Shown here in pieces: positions 17,681 through 27,297 of a stretch of DNA of 64,000 nucleotides. The DNA is taken from the NCBI GenBank assembly GCA_937943575.1, contig CALEAV010000008.1, positions 76,062 to 140,061 on the forward strand, written 5' to 3'. The DNA comes from an uncultured bacterium. Lineage in GTDB: Bacteria; Desulfobacterota; Desulfobaccia; Desulfobaccales; 0-14-0-80-60-11. The position numbers and the translations under genes are program-made. The stretch's first letter is position 1; the number at the start of each line of letters is the position of its first letter. Under the pieces are notes generated by a model that saw nothing but the letters and a program-made list of their open reading frames with translations, searched no databases and was not told where the DNA came from.

Positions 17681-18503
17681 AAGGTTTCCCTCAAGGATGA
17701 GGTAGATACGGAGAGTTGCCCCGGGAAAACCTGAGCCAGTTTCCTGCGCGGAGACAGGCAGAAACTATTAACGGAAAGGAGATTCGCTCCCCCGGTCCCT
17801 TTCCGACTCACCCCGTCCCCCCTGCCAGTCCGAGAACCAGCGGAGGACGCTCTTCACCTCGAAGGGGCGCAGGTCCGGAAAGGCCCCCACCAGGAGGGCG
17901 CAGAGGCCAAAGACCCACCCCCTCATGGTGGCAGGGCCCCCCTGGCGGCGTCGGCCACCGCCTCCTCCCCGTGGGCGATGACCTCGATGGCGTGGTCCGG
18001 GCGAAACCGGAGGTGGGGACACGGTGTGGGTCCCCATCCGCCCCGGTGCCGGAAGAGAACTCCCCCGGGAAGCCGCCCTCAATCACCGGCATGTGGCGGC
18101 GGGGCGATGGCCGGAGTCCTTTTCCGGTTGCGGATGGAGCTTCCATCCACCTCGGCAGGCCTTCCCGGTCTTTCCCAGCCCGGGGTGGGGCGCGCCCCAG
18201 GTTCAGGGCCGGGCACCCGCGCTCGGCCGCTTTGGGGCATCAAAGGGATCTGGGCCTGCATCCAGGGGCTGGGGATTTGACAAGGCGCGGTGGCTGCTTA
18301 TTTTGAAAACCATAGGCGTGAAAGGCGAGTTTTCCTGAATTGAGGACGGCGGGGGATCTCCCCCCAGACTCTCCTCCACCCCCGATCGGCTGGCAGGGAT
18401 GAGGGCGTGGGGACAAGAGCCGGGGGCCCCTGGCCGCCGGCCCCGGCAAGCCAAGATCAATAAGTCGGGCTTAAATATCTGATGGCCGGGCTGAGAGGGC
18501 AGA

Positions 18504-18695
18504 ATGATGAAGGTGGCTGCAATTGTCATGCTGGCGGCCCTGGTCCTGGGGCTTGGGGGCTGTGCCACGCCGGCCCCTTCCCCCTACCGGGAGGTGCCGG
18601 AGTTCCCCAAGTGGGAGGACCCCTGGGGGTTCAGCCGGGACCCGGCCCTGAGGGATTGGGGCACCATGCCGTATTACAACCCCTATCTGCAATGA
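18504..18695 (+). CDS. Small lipoprotein (63 aa)
   Basis: MMKVAAIVMLAALVLGLGGCATP gives a signal peptide plus an LGGC lipobox. No family recognised. Confidence 0.5.
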   Translation: MMKVAAIVMLAALVLGLGGCATPAPSPYREVPEFPKWEDPWGFSRDPALRDWGTMPYYNPYLQ

Positions 18696-18745
18696 CCTCA
18701 CATCCTGCCTGCCCGTCAGGGGGAAGGCCGTCCGGACCCTGAGAA

Positions 18746-19792
18746 TTGCGAGCGCCCATGACCGAGCCCATGATACCCGGGGGCCTGCGCACCACCGCCA
18801 TGGGGATCCTGCCCCATGAGGAGGTGGAACCGGCCCTGGAGCTGGCCCTGTCCCTGGACATCCCTTTCTGGCCCCAGCTGCCCCACTACAGCTACTATGA
18901 GGACATGTATGTCCAGGCGGCGGAGCATTTTCCCGGCATCATCCTGCTGCCGGAGCAGAACACCCTGCGCTTTGACACCGCCAGATTCTACGCCGAGCTG
19001 GATGCCTTGTGGGAGCATTGGGACGACCTCAGTTACTTCGACGTCACCGGGGAGTATTCCGTCGTCTACGAGCGCTTCCTCGCCCTGGACTTGAGCGGCT
19101 ATGTGGCCATCCGGGGGCAGATGGAGGGCCCCGTCAGCTTCGGGCTCAAGGTGCTGGACGAGGGGGACCGGCCCATCATCTTCAACGACGAGGTGCGGGC
19201 CATCATGATGGACTTCATGGCCCGGCGGGTGCAGGCGCAGCTGGTGCGCCTCAAGGCCAAGCACCCCCGGGCCTTCATGTACGTGGACGAACCGGGGCTG
19301 CAGTTCATCTTCAGCTCCATCTCCGGCTATACCGACATCCAGGCCAGGGAGGATCTGGACCGCTTCTTCGCCCAGATCGACCGCCCCCGGGGGATTCACC
19401 TGTGCGGCAACCCGGAGTGGGAGTTCCTCCTCAACCGGGACCTGGACATCCTGTCCATGGACGCCTTCACCAACGGGGAGATCCTCAAGGCCTACGCCCG
19501 CTCCCTGAAAAAGTTCCTGGACCGGGGCGGGGTGCTGGTGTGGGGCATCGTCCCCACCTGGGTGGATGCCTTTGCGGAGACCACCCTGGAGGAGCTCATT
19601 GCCTATCTGGAGGGTCTGTGGCAGGTCCTGCTGGCGGCCGGGGTGGGAAAAGAGCAGCTCCTGGCCCAGAGCCTGCTCTCCCCGGCCCGCTGCTGCCTGG
19701 TCAACCCGGACCGCACCCGCACGGTCACCGCGGCCTTCGGCTGGCTTAAGGAGATGTCCCGGCGCCTCAGGGAGAAATACCGGCTGACCTGA
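18746..19792 (+). CDS. MetE C-terminal-like (cobalamin-independent methyltransferase / URO-D superfamily) protein
   Basis: 348 aa. The pattern GILPHEE.., MYVDEPGLQFIF, IHLCGN (H-x-C) and a late Cys pair ARCCLV resembles the Zn-site layout of MetE-like enzymes. The assignment is by motif pattern only. Confidence 0.45.
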   Translation: MRAPMTEPMIPGGLRTTAMGILPHEEVEPALELALSLDIPFWPQLPHYSYYEDMYVQAAEHFPGIILLPEQNTLRFDTARFYAELDALWEHWDDLSYFDVTGEYSVVYERFLALDLSGYVAIRGQMEGPVSFGLKVLDEGDRPIIFNDEVRAIMMDFMARRVQAQLVRLKAKHPRAFMYVDEPGLQFIFSSISGYTDIQAREDLDRFFAQIDRPRGIHLCGNPEWEFLLNRDLDILSMDAFTNGEILKAYARSLKKFLDRGGVLVWGIVPTWVDAFAETTLEELIAYLEGLWQVLLAAGVGKEQLLAQSLLSPARCCLVNPDRTRTVTAAFGWLKEMSRRLREKYRLT

Positions 19793-19954
19793 GGGACAGG
19801 CCCGAGCCGGGGGGTGGTCCCCCCCAGCCAGGACCGCGGCGGCAGGGTCTTCCTGCAGGGGAGCGGTTGGAGGAAGAGCAGCTCCCACGGCGGAGCGGGC
19901 TTGAGAGGGTGCAGGGGGCCGCTGCCGCCCGGGCCCCTCTCCGGAGTCCACACC

Positions 19955-20773
19955 ATGTCTGCCGTCCAGACGCCGGCCATCATCCTCAAAGTCCAGACCC
20001 TGGGGGAGGCGGACTGTCTGGTGACTTTTGTGACGCCGGCCCGGGGGCGGCTTCAGGGGGTGGCCCGACACGCCCGCAAGAGCCGCCGGCGCTTTCCCAA
20101 TGTCCTGGAGCCCCTGAACCGGGTGGAGCTCTGGCTCTCCGGCCGGCCGCGCCGGGAGATGGAGTTTCTGGAAAAGGGCGAGCTGGTGCGGGCCTTCCCG
20201 GGCCTGAGGCGGGATCTCCCCCGGCTGGCCGCCGCCGCAGTGGTGGCGGAGCTCACCGGCGAGCTGGCCGCCCCGGAGGGCGCGGCGGCGCTCTTCGCCG
20301 CCCTGGAGCAGGCCCTGGCCCGGCTGGAGGAGGGCGCCGCCCCGGAGTCGCTCCTCCTCTCCTTCGCCGCCCATCTCCTGAAGCTGGGGGGCTATGGCTG
20401 GCAGCTGAAGCGGTGTCTGGCCTGCGGCCGGGAGCCCACGGGACCCGCCCATTTCAGCATCCCCCAGGGCGGGGTCTCCTGCCAGGAGTGCCGGGGCAAG
20501 GCGGCCAGCCCCGGGGTGGCCCTCAACCCCGGGACCCGCAAGCTCCTTGTGGCCTCCCAGACCCTGCCCGCCGAACGCCTCAGCCGGCTCATCTTTCCCC
20601 CCCGGCAGGCGGCGCAGGGCCTGGAGCTCCTGCGGGCCTTCCTGGCCTACCACCTGCCCCGGCCGCTGAAGGCCTGGGAGTTTTTCGACCAGGTGCGGGC
20701 CCGGACCGGGGCCTCCGGCGCCGCTCTCCCCCGACAGGAGAACAAGACCGCCACGTCTCAGGAGGAACAGTGA
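19955..20773 (+). CDS. recO: DNA repair protein RecO
   Basis: Start moved to the ATG at 19955. MSAVQTPAIILKVQTLGEADCLVTFVTPARGRLQGVARHARKSRRRF (OB fold) plus the zinc motif CLACG..CQEC. Confidence 0.85.
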   Translation: MSAVQTPAIILKVQTLGEADCLVTFVTPARGRLQGVARHARKSRRRFPNVLEPLNRVELWLSGRPRREMEFLEKGELVRAFPGLRRDLPRLAAAAVVAELTGELAAPEGAAALFAALEQALARLEEGAAPESLLLSFAAHLLKLGGYGWQLKRCLACGREPTGPAHFSIPQGGVSCQECRGKAASPGVALNPGTRKLLVASQTLPAERLSRLIFPPRQAAQGLELLRAFLAYHLPRPLKAWEFFDQVRARTGASGAALPRQENKTATSQEEQ

Positions 20774-21294
20774 TGAAACTCAAGGGCAAACGCATCGCCA
20801 TCCTGGCCGAGAACCTGTATCAGGAGCTGGAAGTCTGGTACCCCCTGCTGCGTTTCCGGGAGGAGGGGGCCGAGGTGGTGGTGGTGGGCTCCGGCAGCGC
20901 CCCCACCCACACCAGCAAGCTGGGCTACCCGGTGGAGGTGGACCGCACCGCTGAGGAGGTGACGGCGGCCCAGTTCGACGCGGTCATCATCCCCGGGGGC
21001 TACGCTCCGGATATCATGCGGCGCTACCCCGCCATGGTGCGGCTGGTGCGGGAGGCGGCCCTGGCGGGCAAGGTGGTGGCCGCCATCTGCCACGGCGGCT
21101 GGATGCTGGCCTCCGCCGAGATCCTCCAGGGCCGGAAGGTCACGGCCTTTTTCGCCATCAGGGACGACCTGGTGCATGCCGGGGCCACCTTCGTGGACGC
21201 AGAGGTGGTGGTGGACGGCAACCTCATCACCTCCCGCAAGCCTGAGGACCTCCCCGCCTTCTGCCGGGCCATCATCGCCGCTCTGACGGCCTAG
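20773..21294 (+). CDS. DJ-1/PfpI family protein (protease I-like)
   Basis: MKLKGKRIAILAENLYQELEVWYP..IIPGGYAPD..AAICHGGWMLASA (nucleophile-elbow Cys-His)..NLITSRKPEDLPAF. The ATG overlaps the recO stop by 1 nt. Confidence 0.85.
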   Translation: MKLKGKRIAILAENLYQELEVWYPLLRFREEGAEVVVVGSGSAPTHTSKLGYPVEVDRTAEEVTAAQFDAVIIPGGYAPDIMRRYPAMVRLVREAALAGKVVAAICHGGWMLASAEILQGRKVTAFFAIRDDLVHAGATFVDAEVVVDGNLITSRKPEDLPAFCRAIIAALTA

Positions 21295-21461
21295 GACTTT
21301 CGTGGGAGAGGGGGGTCCAGGGCTCTTCCCCCTCTTCCCCTTCCCCCCGCGTGACATCTCCTTTGCCCCCTGTCCGGGACAGGTCCCGGGACACCCCGGG
21401 GAAGTCATTGGTGGCTGTCTTATATATTAAATAAAACCAACAAGTTATTTTAATCCGGCTT

Positions 21462-21477
21462 TGGCACTGGCCTTGCA
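21462..21477 (+). promoter_or_regulatory. Consensus sigma-54 promoter TGGCAC-N5-TTGCA
   Basis: TGGCACTGGCCTTGCA read directly (GG at 21463-64, GC at 21475-76). It is preceded by an AT-rich tract containing an IHF-like AACCAACAAGTTA (21436-21448). Confidence 0.5.
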
Positions 21478-21745
21478 CCCCCAGGAGGCAGGCACCCGGC
21501 ACCGGGGGGAGTGAGGGCGGCGCAATTGCACCCGCCCACCGGAAGCGTGTCAGCCGTGCCGGGGGTGCTGGCAATCCGGGCCTCTTATCAGGTATTTCCT
21601 GATTTACTTCTCAGGAGATACCTGAGGCGCTTTGGCAGAAAGGAGGAGCCTCGTGGCCAGCGTCGGGGTCGCCTGGGAGAGGGCGGGAGCGGCCGCAGGG
21701 AACGCCGGGGGAGCCCCGGTGTGGCAGCCGGGGCCGGAGACGGGG

Positions 21746-22312
21746 ATGGAGCGGCAGGACAGAGACGAACTGGTGCAGCGCACCCTGGTGGCCGGCCTCA
21801 TCCTGGAGGTCATCCTGGAGGCGGCGCCCTTGCCCCGGGATCCGGACCGGAGACGGCAGCTGCTGAAAAGCGGCTTGCGCCGGGCCCTGGTCAACCGCCT
21901 GGCTGGGCAGATGCCCCTGCATGCCTTTCAGTTTCTGGCCCGGCGGCTGGATGACTGGTTTGAGCTCTACTACCACCGCCTGCCCTGGGAGTGGGCGGCT
22001 TATCCGGGCGGTGAGGCTCCTGGGGGCCCGCCCCTCCGGGAGGAGCTCCTGGCAGACGCCCTCAGGGACCTGGAGCCCCTCCTGCCCAAGCGGCGCCACC
22101 GCAAGCTGGACCGGGACCGCCTGGAGGCCTTCCTCCGGCGCACCGCCGGCCGGTGGTTCCGCCTGCGGGACTTTGAGGAATTCTTCGGCATCGACCGCAA
22201 GACCGCCTGGGAGTATGTCACCCGGCTGATCCAGGCGGGGCTCCTCAGCCACAACCAGGGCCGGGCCGCTGCGGCCCGCTATCGCCTGTCGCCCCGGTTT
22301 GTGGAGGAATAA
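21746..22312 (+). CDS. Hypothetical protein with C-terminal winged-helix-like DNA-binding region
   Basis: ATG at 21746 with GGAGA upstream. The C-terminus FRLRDFEEFFGIDRKTAWEYVTRLIQAGLLSHNQGRAAAARYRL looks like a wHTH. No family recognised. Confidence 0.4.
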   Translation: MERQDRDELVQRTLVAGLILEVILEAAPLPRDPDRRRQLLKSGLRRALVNRLAGQMPLHAFQFLARRLDDWFELYYHRLPWEWAAYPGGEAPGGPPLREELLADALRDLEPLLPKRRHRKLDRDRLEAFLRRTAGRWFRLRDFEEFFGIDRKTAWEYVTRLIQAGLLSHNQGRAAAARYRLSPRFVEE

Positions 22313-22494
22313 TCCCCCGGCCGGCCTTGCCCCTCCCGCCCGAAAAAGGCGGTCCGGGATTTCCCTCTATCAGGCTGACATCCTTAAGAAAACCAGGCAG
22401 CCGCCCTGCGTTTCCCCCTTCCTTTTCCTTCCTACCCCCCCGGTGGCTATGGTATCATCAGGCCACCCGGAACCCACCCTCGGGAGGATGCCCC

Positions 22495-24525
22495 ATGGAA
22501 ACCCTGGAGAGTCTCACCCCCATCTTCCGCCCCCGGGCCGTGGCGGTCATCGGCGCCTCCACCGTGCCCGGCAAACTGGGCTATGACATTCTGGCCAACC
22601 TGAAAAACGGCGGTTTCCCCGGTCCCCTCTACCCCATCAACCCCAAGGCCGAGGAGATTTTGGGGCTTAAGGCCTACAAGGCCATCACCGACACGCCTGA
22701 GGCCCCGGACCTGGCGGTGGTGGTCATCCCCGCCCGGCTGGTGAGTGCCACCCTGGAGCAGTGCGCCGCCCGGGGGGTCAAGGCGGCAGTGGTCATCACC
22801 GGGGGCTTTGCCGAGGCCGGGCCCGAAGGCGAGCGGCTGCAGGACGAGATGGCCGCGGTCATCCGCCGCACCGGGCTGCGGGTCATCGGGCCCAACTGCC
22901 AGGGGATCAACCTGCCGCACCAGAGCCTGTGCGCCTCCTGGCCGCTCATCACCACCCGGGGGCGCATCGCCTTCGCCTCACAGTCCGGCACCGTGGGGGC
23001 CGCCTTCCTGGACCTGGCCGCCGCTGAAGGCCTGGGGGTGAGCGCCTTCGTCAGCCTGGGCAACCGGGTGGATGTGGATGAAGCCGAGATCATCGCCTAC
23101 TTTACCCAGGATCCGGACACCCGGGTCATCGCCCTCTACCTGGAGGGGGTCAAACGCCCCACCTATTTCCTGGACGCCCTGCGGGAGTGCACTAAGCCCC
23201 TGGTCATCCTCAAGGCGGGGCGGACCCTTAGGGGCGGCGAGGCCGCCAGCTCCCATACCAAGTCCCTGGCCGGGGTGGACGCGGTCTATGACGCCCTGTT
23301 TGAGAAATACCGCATCTATCGGGCCGACACCCTGGAGGACCTCTTTGATTACGCCAAGGCCCTGGCCTACCTGCCCAAGCCCCGGGGCCGCAGCCTGATG
23401 ATCACCACCAGCTCCGGGGGGGCGGCCATTCTGGCCATTGACGAGGCCGAGCGCCACGGCCTGGAGACCCCGGAGCCCAGTCCGGCCCTCAGGGCGCGCC
23501 TTCGGGAAATGCTGCCGGCGCACTGCGCCGCCGGCAATCCCGTGGACCTCACCGGGGACGTCATCGGGGACCCGTCGCTCTACAGGAAGGTGATGGAGGC
23601 CACCCGCCAGGAATATGACTACCAGGTGGTGATCTTCGGGGACCCCATCCCCGGGGCCAGCGAAATCGTGACCCCCGGTGCGGCGGAGCTGGTCATTTTC
23701 CTGGGGGGCGCCGAAGTGGAGCGGGAGGAGCGGCAGAAGCTGTATGCCAAGGGCATTCCCGTCTTTCCCACTCCGGAGCGGGGCATCAAGGCCCTGGCCC
23801 AGTTCTTCCGGCATGTGCCGGCCCCGGTGTCCCCGGCCGCCGTGACCCTCCCCCGGCCGGCTCCCGGACTGCGCCTGCTCCCGGCCCAGGAAGCCGCGGA
23901 GATGCTGGGCAAGGCGGGCATTCCGGTGGCCGCCGCGCCCCTGGCCGCCGACGCCGAGGCGGCGGTGCGCCTGGCGGAGCAGTTCGGCTACCCCGTGGCC
24001 CTGAAGGTGGCCTCCCCCGACCTCCCCCACAAGACCGACGTGGGCGGGGTCAAGCTTTACCTCACCTCCCCCGAGGAGGTGAAGGACGCCTTCCAGGAGA
24101 TCATGGCCGCGGTGCGCCTGAAGGAGCGGCAGGCCCGGGTGGAGGGGGTGACCGTCTCCCGCATGGCCCCCCCCGGCGGCCTGGAGGTCATCATCGGCAC
24201 GGTCACCGACCCCCAGTTCGGGCCGGTATTGATGTTCGGCCTGGGAGGGATCTACACCGAGATCTACGGGGATGTGGCCTTCTGCCTCCTGCCCGCCGAG
24301 GATGAGGATCTGGACCGCCTCATCCGGGGCATCAGGGGCTACCCCCTCCTTGCCGGCTATCGGGGCCAGCCCCGCCGGGATGTGGCGGCCCTGAAGCAGG
24401 CCCTCAGGGCCCTGGCCAATTTCGCCCAGCGGCACCCGGAGCTGGACCAGGTGGAGATCAACCCCCTTCTGGTCTACGACAAGGGGGTCTTCGGGGTGGA
24501 TGCCCGGATCCTCTCCCGAATCTGA
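22495..24525 (+). CDS. Acetate--CoA ligase (ADP-forming) family protein (CoA-binding + ATP-grasp fusion)
   Basis: Start moved to the ATG at 22495 (GGGAGGA upstream). IFRPRAVAVIGASTVPGKLGYDILANL..LYPINPK..VVITGGFAE..IGPNCQG, then an ATP-grasp half GYPVALKVASPDLPHKTDVGGVKL. Confidence 0.85.
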   Translation: METLESLTPIFRPRAVAVIGASTVPGKLGYDILANLKNGGFPGPLYPINPKAEEILGLKAYKAITDTPEAPDLAVVVIPARLVSATLEQCAARGVKAAVVITGGFAEAGPEGERLQDEMAAVIRRTGLRVIGPNCQGINLPHQSLCASWPLITTRGRIAFASQSGTVGAAFLDLAAAEGLGVSAFVSLGNRVDVDEAEIIAYFTQDPDTRVIALYLEGVKRPTYFLDALRECTKPLVILKAGRTLRGGEAASSHTKSLAGVDAVYDALFEKYRIYRADTLEDLFDYAKALAYLPKPRGRSLMITTSSGGAAILAIDEAERHGLETPEPSPALRARLREMLPAHCAAGNPVDLTGDVIGDPSLYRKVMEATRQEYDYQVVIFGDPIPGASEIVTPGAAELVIFLGGAEVEREERQKLYAKGIPVFPTPERGIKALAQFFRHVPAPVSPAAVTLPRPAPGLRLLPAQEAAEMLGKAGIPVAAAPLAADAEAAVRLAEQFGYPVALKVASPDLPHKTDVGGVKLYLTSPEEVKDAFQEIMAAVRLKERQARVEGVTVSRMAPPGGLEVIIGTVTDPQFGPVLMFGLGGIYTEIYGDVAFCLLPAEDEDLDRLIRGIRGYPLLAGYRGQPRRDVAALKQALRALANFAQRHPELDQVEINPLLVYDKGVFGVDARILSRI

Positions 24526-24699
24526 GTGGCCGGGTGCAAGGGGAGGGGGGACCGGGGAGGGTGCTTTCTGCCCCCCCCTCACCGCCGGGAGGGGGAGCCC
24601 AAAGCGGGGGCCGGAAGAGATATGGGCCCGCCGGCCCTGTCCTTCCCGACATCCCGGCGATGATCTCCCAAAACAGGGAAGGGGGTGCACGTCAACCGC

Positions 24700-25941
24700 A
24701 TGGCCCTGGAATTCTTCCGCCTGAAGACCCGGGAGGAGGTTCTGGCCCTCTACTCCCGCTTTGCCCCGGTGGAAGCGGAAACGGTGCCGCTGGCCGAGGC
24801 CCGGGGGCGGGTGTTGGCCCGGGATCTGGCGGCGCCGGAGACTCTCCCCGCCTTTCCCCGGGCGGCCATGGACGGCTATGCGGTGCGGGCGGCCGACACC
24901 TTCGGGGCCACCCCCGGCCTCCCCCAATATCTGGAGCTGGCGGGGGAGGTGGCCATGGGGGAGGCCCCCGGCCTGACGCTGGCCCCGGGGCAGGCGGCCC
25001 GGCTGCCCACCGGCGGCATGCTACCCGGCGGGGCTGACGCCGTGGTCATGGTGGAGTATGCCGCCGAGCTCCCCGACGGCACCGTGGAGGTGAGGCGACC
25101 GGTGGCCCCCGGGGAGAATGTGGTCCGGCCCGGGGAGGATGTGCGGGCCGGGGAAGTGCTCCTTATGGCCGGGCGGCGGCTGAAGCCTCAGGACCTGGGG
25201 CTCCTGGCGGCCCTGGGGGTGGGGGAGGTGACGGTGTATCGCCGCCCCCGGGTGGCGGTGCTCTCCAGCGGCAATGAGATTGTGCCCCTGTCTGCCTCTC
25301 CGGGGCCGGGCCAGGTGCGGGACGCCAATGCCTACCTCACCCTGGCGCAGGTGGAGGAGGCGGGGGGCCTGCCCGCATATGTGGGCATCGTACCCGATGA
25401 CGCCGAAGCCCTGAGCGCCGCCCTGGCCGCGGCCCTCCCCCGGGCCGATCTCCTGCTCATCTCCGGAGGCTCCTCCGTGGGCGCCCGGGACCTGACCCTT
25501 GCGGCCCTCCAGTCCCTGCCGGAGGCCGAGGTGCTGGTGCACGGCGTGGCCATCCGGCCGGGCAAGCCCACCATCCTGGCGGCGGCCGCCGGCATCCCGG
25601 TCCTGGGCCTGCCGGGCCACCCGGCCTCCGCCGCCATCGTCATGCAGGTGCTGGGGCGGCCGCTGGTGGCCCGCTTGGGCGGGGCGCAGGAAGCCTCCCC
25701 TGCATGGGGGGGCCGGGTCCTGGCCCGCCTGTCCCGCAATCTGGCCGGGGCCACCGGGCGGGAGGACTTCGTGCGGGTGCGCCTGCGTCCGGAGGGGGAG
25801 ACCCTGTGGGCCGACCCCCTCCTCGGGCCCTCGGCCCTGCTCTCGCCTCTGGTGAAGAGCGACGGCCTGGTCACCATTCCCCTGGGTCAGGAAGGCATCT
25901 TCCAGGGGGAGCTCGTCGAGGTGGAGCTCTTCCCCGGTTGA
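24700..25941 (+). CDS. moeA: Molybdopterin molybdotransferase
   Basis: ..PAFPRAAMDGYAVRAADT..LPTGGMLPGGADAVVMVE..VAVLSSGNEIV..GQVRDANAY..LLISGGSSVGARD..VAIRPGKP. Confidence 0.85.
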   Translation: MALEFFRLKTREEVLALYSRFAPVEAETVPLAEARGRVLARDLAAPETLPAFPRAAMDGYAVRAADTFGATPGLPQYLELAGEVAMGEAPGLTLAPGQAARLPTGGMLPGGADAVVMVEYAAELPDGTVEVRRPVAPGENVVRPGEDVRAGEVLLMAGRRLKPQDLGLLAALGVGEVTVYRRPRVAVLSSGNEIVPLSASPGPGQVRDANAYLTLAQVEEAGGLPAYVGIVPDDAEALSAALAAALPRADLLLISGGSSVGARDLTLAALQSLPEAEVLVHGVAIRPGKPTILAAAAGIPVLGLPGHPASAAIVMQVLGRPLVARLGGAQEASPAWGGRVLARLSRNLAGATGREDFVRVRLRPEGETLWADPLLGPSALLSPLVKSDGLVTIPLGQEGIFQGELVEVELFPG

Positions 25942-25989
25942 GGCGTTGGACCTTTTCCTCCCGGAGGCCTTCTGCGACCATGAAGCAGA

Positions 25990-27231
25990 ATGCCGCCGCA
26001 GCGCCTGCCTGACCGTCGGGGAGGCCACGTGCCCAGAGTCCTTCGCTTCCGCTCGCTGTCTGCCTGCCTGTTCCTGCTCCTCTTTCTGTCAGGGCCCGGG
26101 AGCGCCAAGGCTACCCTCCCTTCGGCCCAAGTCAGGCTGTATTTCTTCTGGGCCCACGGCTGTCCGCATTGCCTGGAGGAGAAGCGGTTTCTCAGCCGCC
26201 TGGGCCGGGAGATCCCCGGGCTGGAGGTGGTGGAGCTGGAGCTGACCGCCTCGGCGGAGAACCGGGAGCTCCTGCGTCGGGTGGCCCAGGCTTTGGGAGC
26301 GGAACTGCCGGCCGTGCCCTTCACTGTGGTGGGGGACCGGTATTTTGTGGGCTGGCAGGGCGAGGCCGCCACCGGCGCCCTGCTGCGGCAGGCGGTCCTG
26401 GCGGCCGCCCGGGAGGGCTGGCCGGATGTGGTGGCCTCCCTGAGACAGGCAACCGCCCCCCTTTTGCCCCGGGAGGGGGGAGGCCACCGGCTGGTGGTCC
26501 CGGGGCTGGGGGAGATCGACCTGGGGAAGCTCCCCCTCATCACCCTTACCCTGCTTCTGGGCGCCCTGGACGGCTTCAACCCCTGCGCCATGTGGGCCCT
26601 GGTCTTCCTCATCGGCCTGCTTGTGGGGATGGAGAACCGCCTCCGCCGCTGGCTGCTGGGGGGAGTGTTTATCCTGGGCTCGGGGCTGGTCTATTTCCTC
26701 TTCATGGCGGCCTGGCTCAACGTCTTCCTGTTTTTGGGGCTGATTGTCTGGATCCGCCTGGGCATCGGCTTGGTGGCGCTGGCGGCCGGGGCGGTCAACC
26801 TCCGGGCCTGGTGGCGGGACCGTCAGGGCACCTGCCCCTACCTGGGAAGCGGGAGGCGGCGCACTTTTTTGGAGAAGATTCGCCAGGCGGTGGACCGCCG
26901 AAGCCTCTGGCTGGCGGCGGGGGGCGTCTTTCTCCTGGGGGTGGCGGTGAACCTGGTGGAGCTCTTCTGCTCCCTGGGCCTGCCCATGGTCTATACCCAG
27001 ATCCTGGCCCTCAGCCCCCTGCCGGGGTGGGCCTACGACGGCCTTTTGACCTTATACATCCTGGTCTTCATGCTGGATGATCTGGTGGTGTTTGTGGTGT
27101 CCATGCTCACCCTGGAGTATCTGGGGCTGACGCACCGCTACCAGCGCCTCTCCCATCTTTTGGGCGGGGTGGTGCTCACCGCCCTCGGCTGGATGCTGCT
27201 TTTGAAGCCGGAGTGGCTCAGGTTTGCCTGA
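25990..27231 (+). CDS. Thioredoxin-fold (CPHC) domain fused to a polytopic membrane domain
   Basis: N-terminal signal, then LYFFWAHGCPHCLEEKRFL..PFTVVGDRYFVG (a Trx/Grx-like fold), then at least 6 predicted TM helices with GALDGFNPCAMWALVFL. The exact start is uncertain. Confidence 0.6.
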   Translation: MPPQRLPDRRGGHVPRVLRFRSLSACLFLLLFLSGPGSAKATLPSAQVRLYFFWAHGCPHCLEEKRFLSRLGREIPGLEVVELELTASAENRELLRRVAQALGAELPAVPFTVVGDRYFVGWQGEAATGALLRQAVLAAAREGWPDVVASLRQATAPLLPREGGGHRLVVPGLGEIDLGKLPLITLTLLLGALDGFNPCAMWALVFLIGLLVGMENRLRRWLLGGVFILGSGLVYFLFMAAWLNVFLFLGLIVWIRLGIGLVALAAGAVNLRAWWRDRQGTCPYLGSGRRRTFLEKIRQAVDRRSLWLAAGGVFLLGVAVNLVELFCSLGLPMVYTQILALSPLPGWAYDGLLTLYILVFMLDDLVVFVVSMLTLEYLGLTHRYQRLSHLLGGVVLTALGWMLLLKPEWLRFA

Positions 27232-27297
27232 GGGTCCCGGTTCATCTTCCATTCGGCCCCGGCATTCGGTCGGGCCTTGCGGGAAAGGAGACAAAAA

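Noticed and set aside
17871-17883. AGGTCCGGAAAGG resembling the SRP (4.5S) RNA domain IV motif.
   Set aside because: Only a short partial match. The flanking symmetric-loop residues and the pairing partner strand expected for SRP RNA are not present.
18351-18365. GGGGGATCTCCCCC followed by ..CTCCTCCACC, superficially like a tRNA/tmRNA T-arm plus acceptor 3' end.
   Set aside because: The loop is only 4 nt (no T-psi-C loop). No matching 5' acceptor strand or other arms could be found.
24526-24699. Possible Moco riboswitch in the spacer upstream of moeA.
   Set aside because: I could not recognise the conserved Moco-motif core. The region is dominated by a G4-type tract. A covariance-model scan would be needed to decide.
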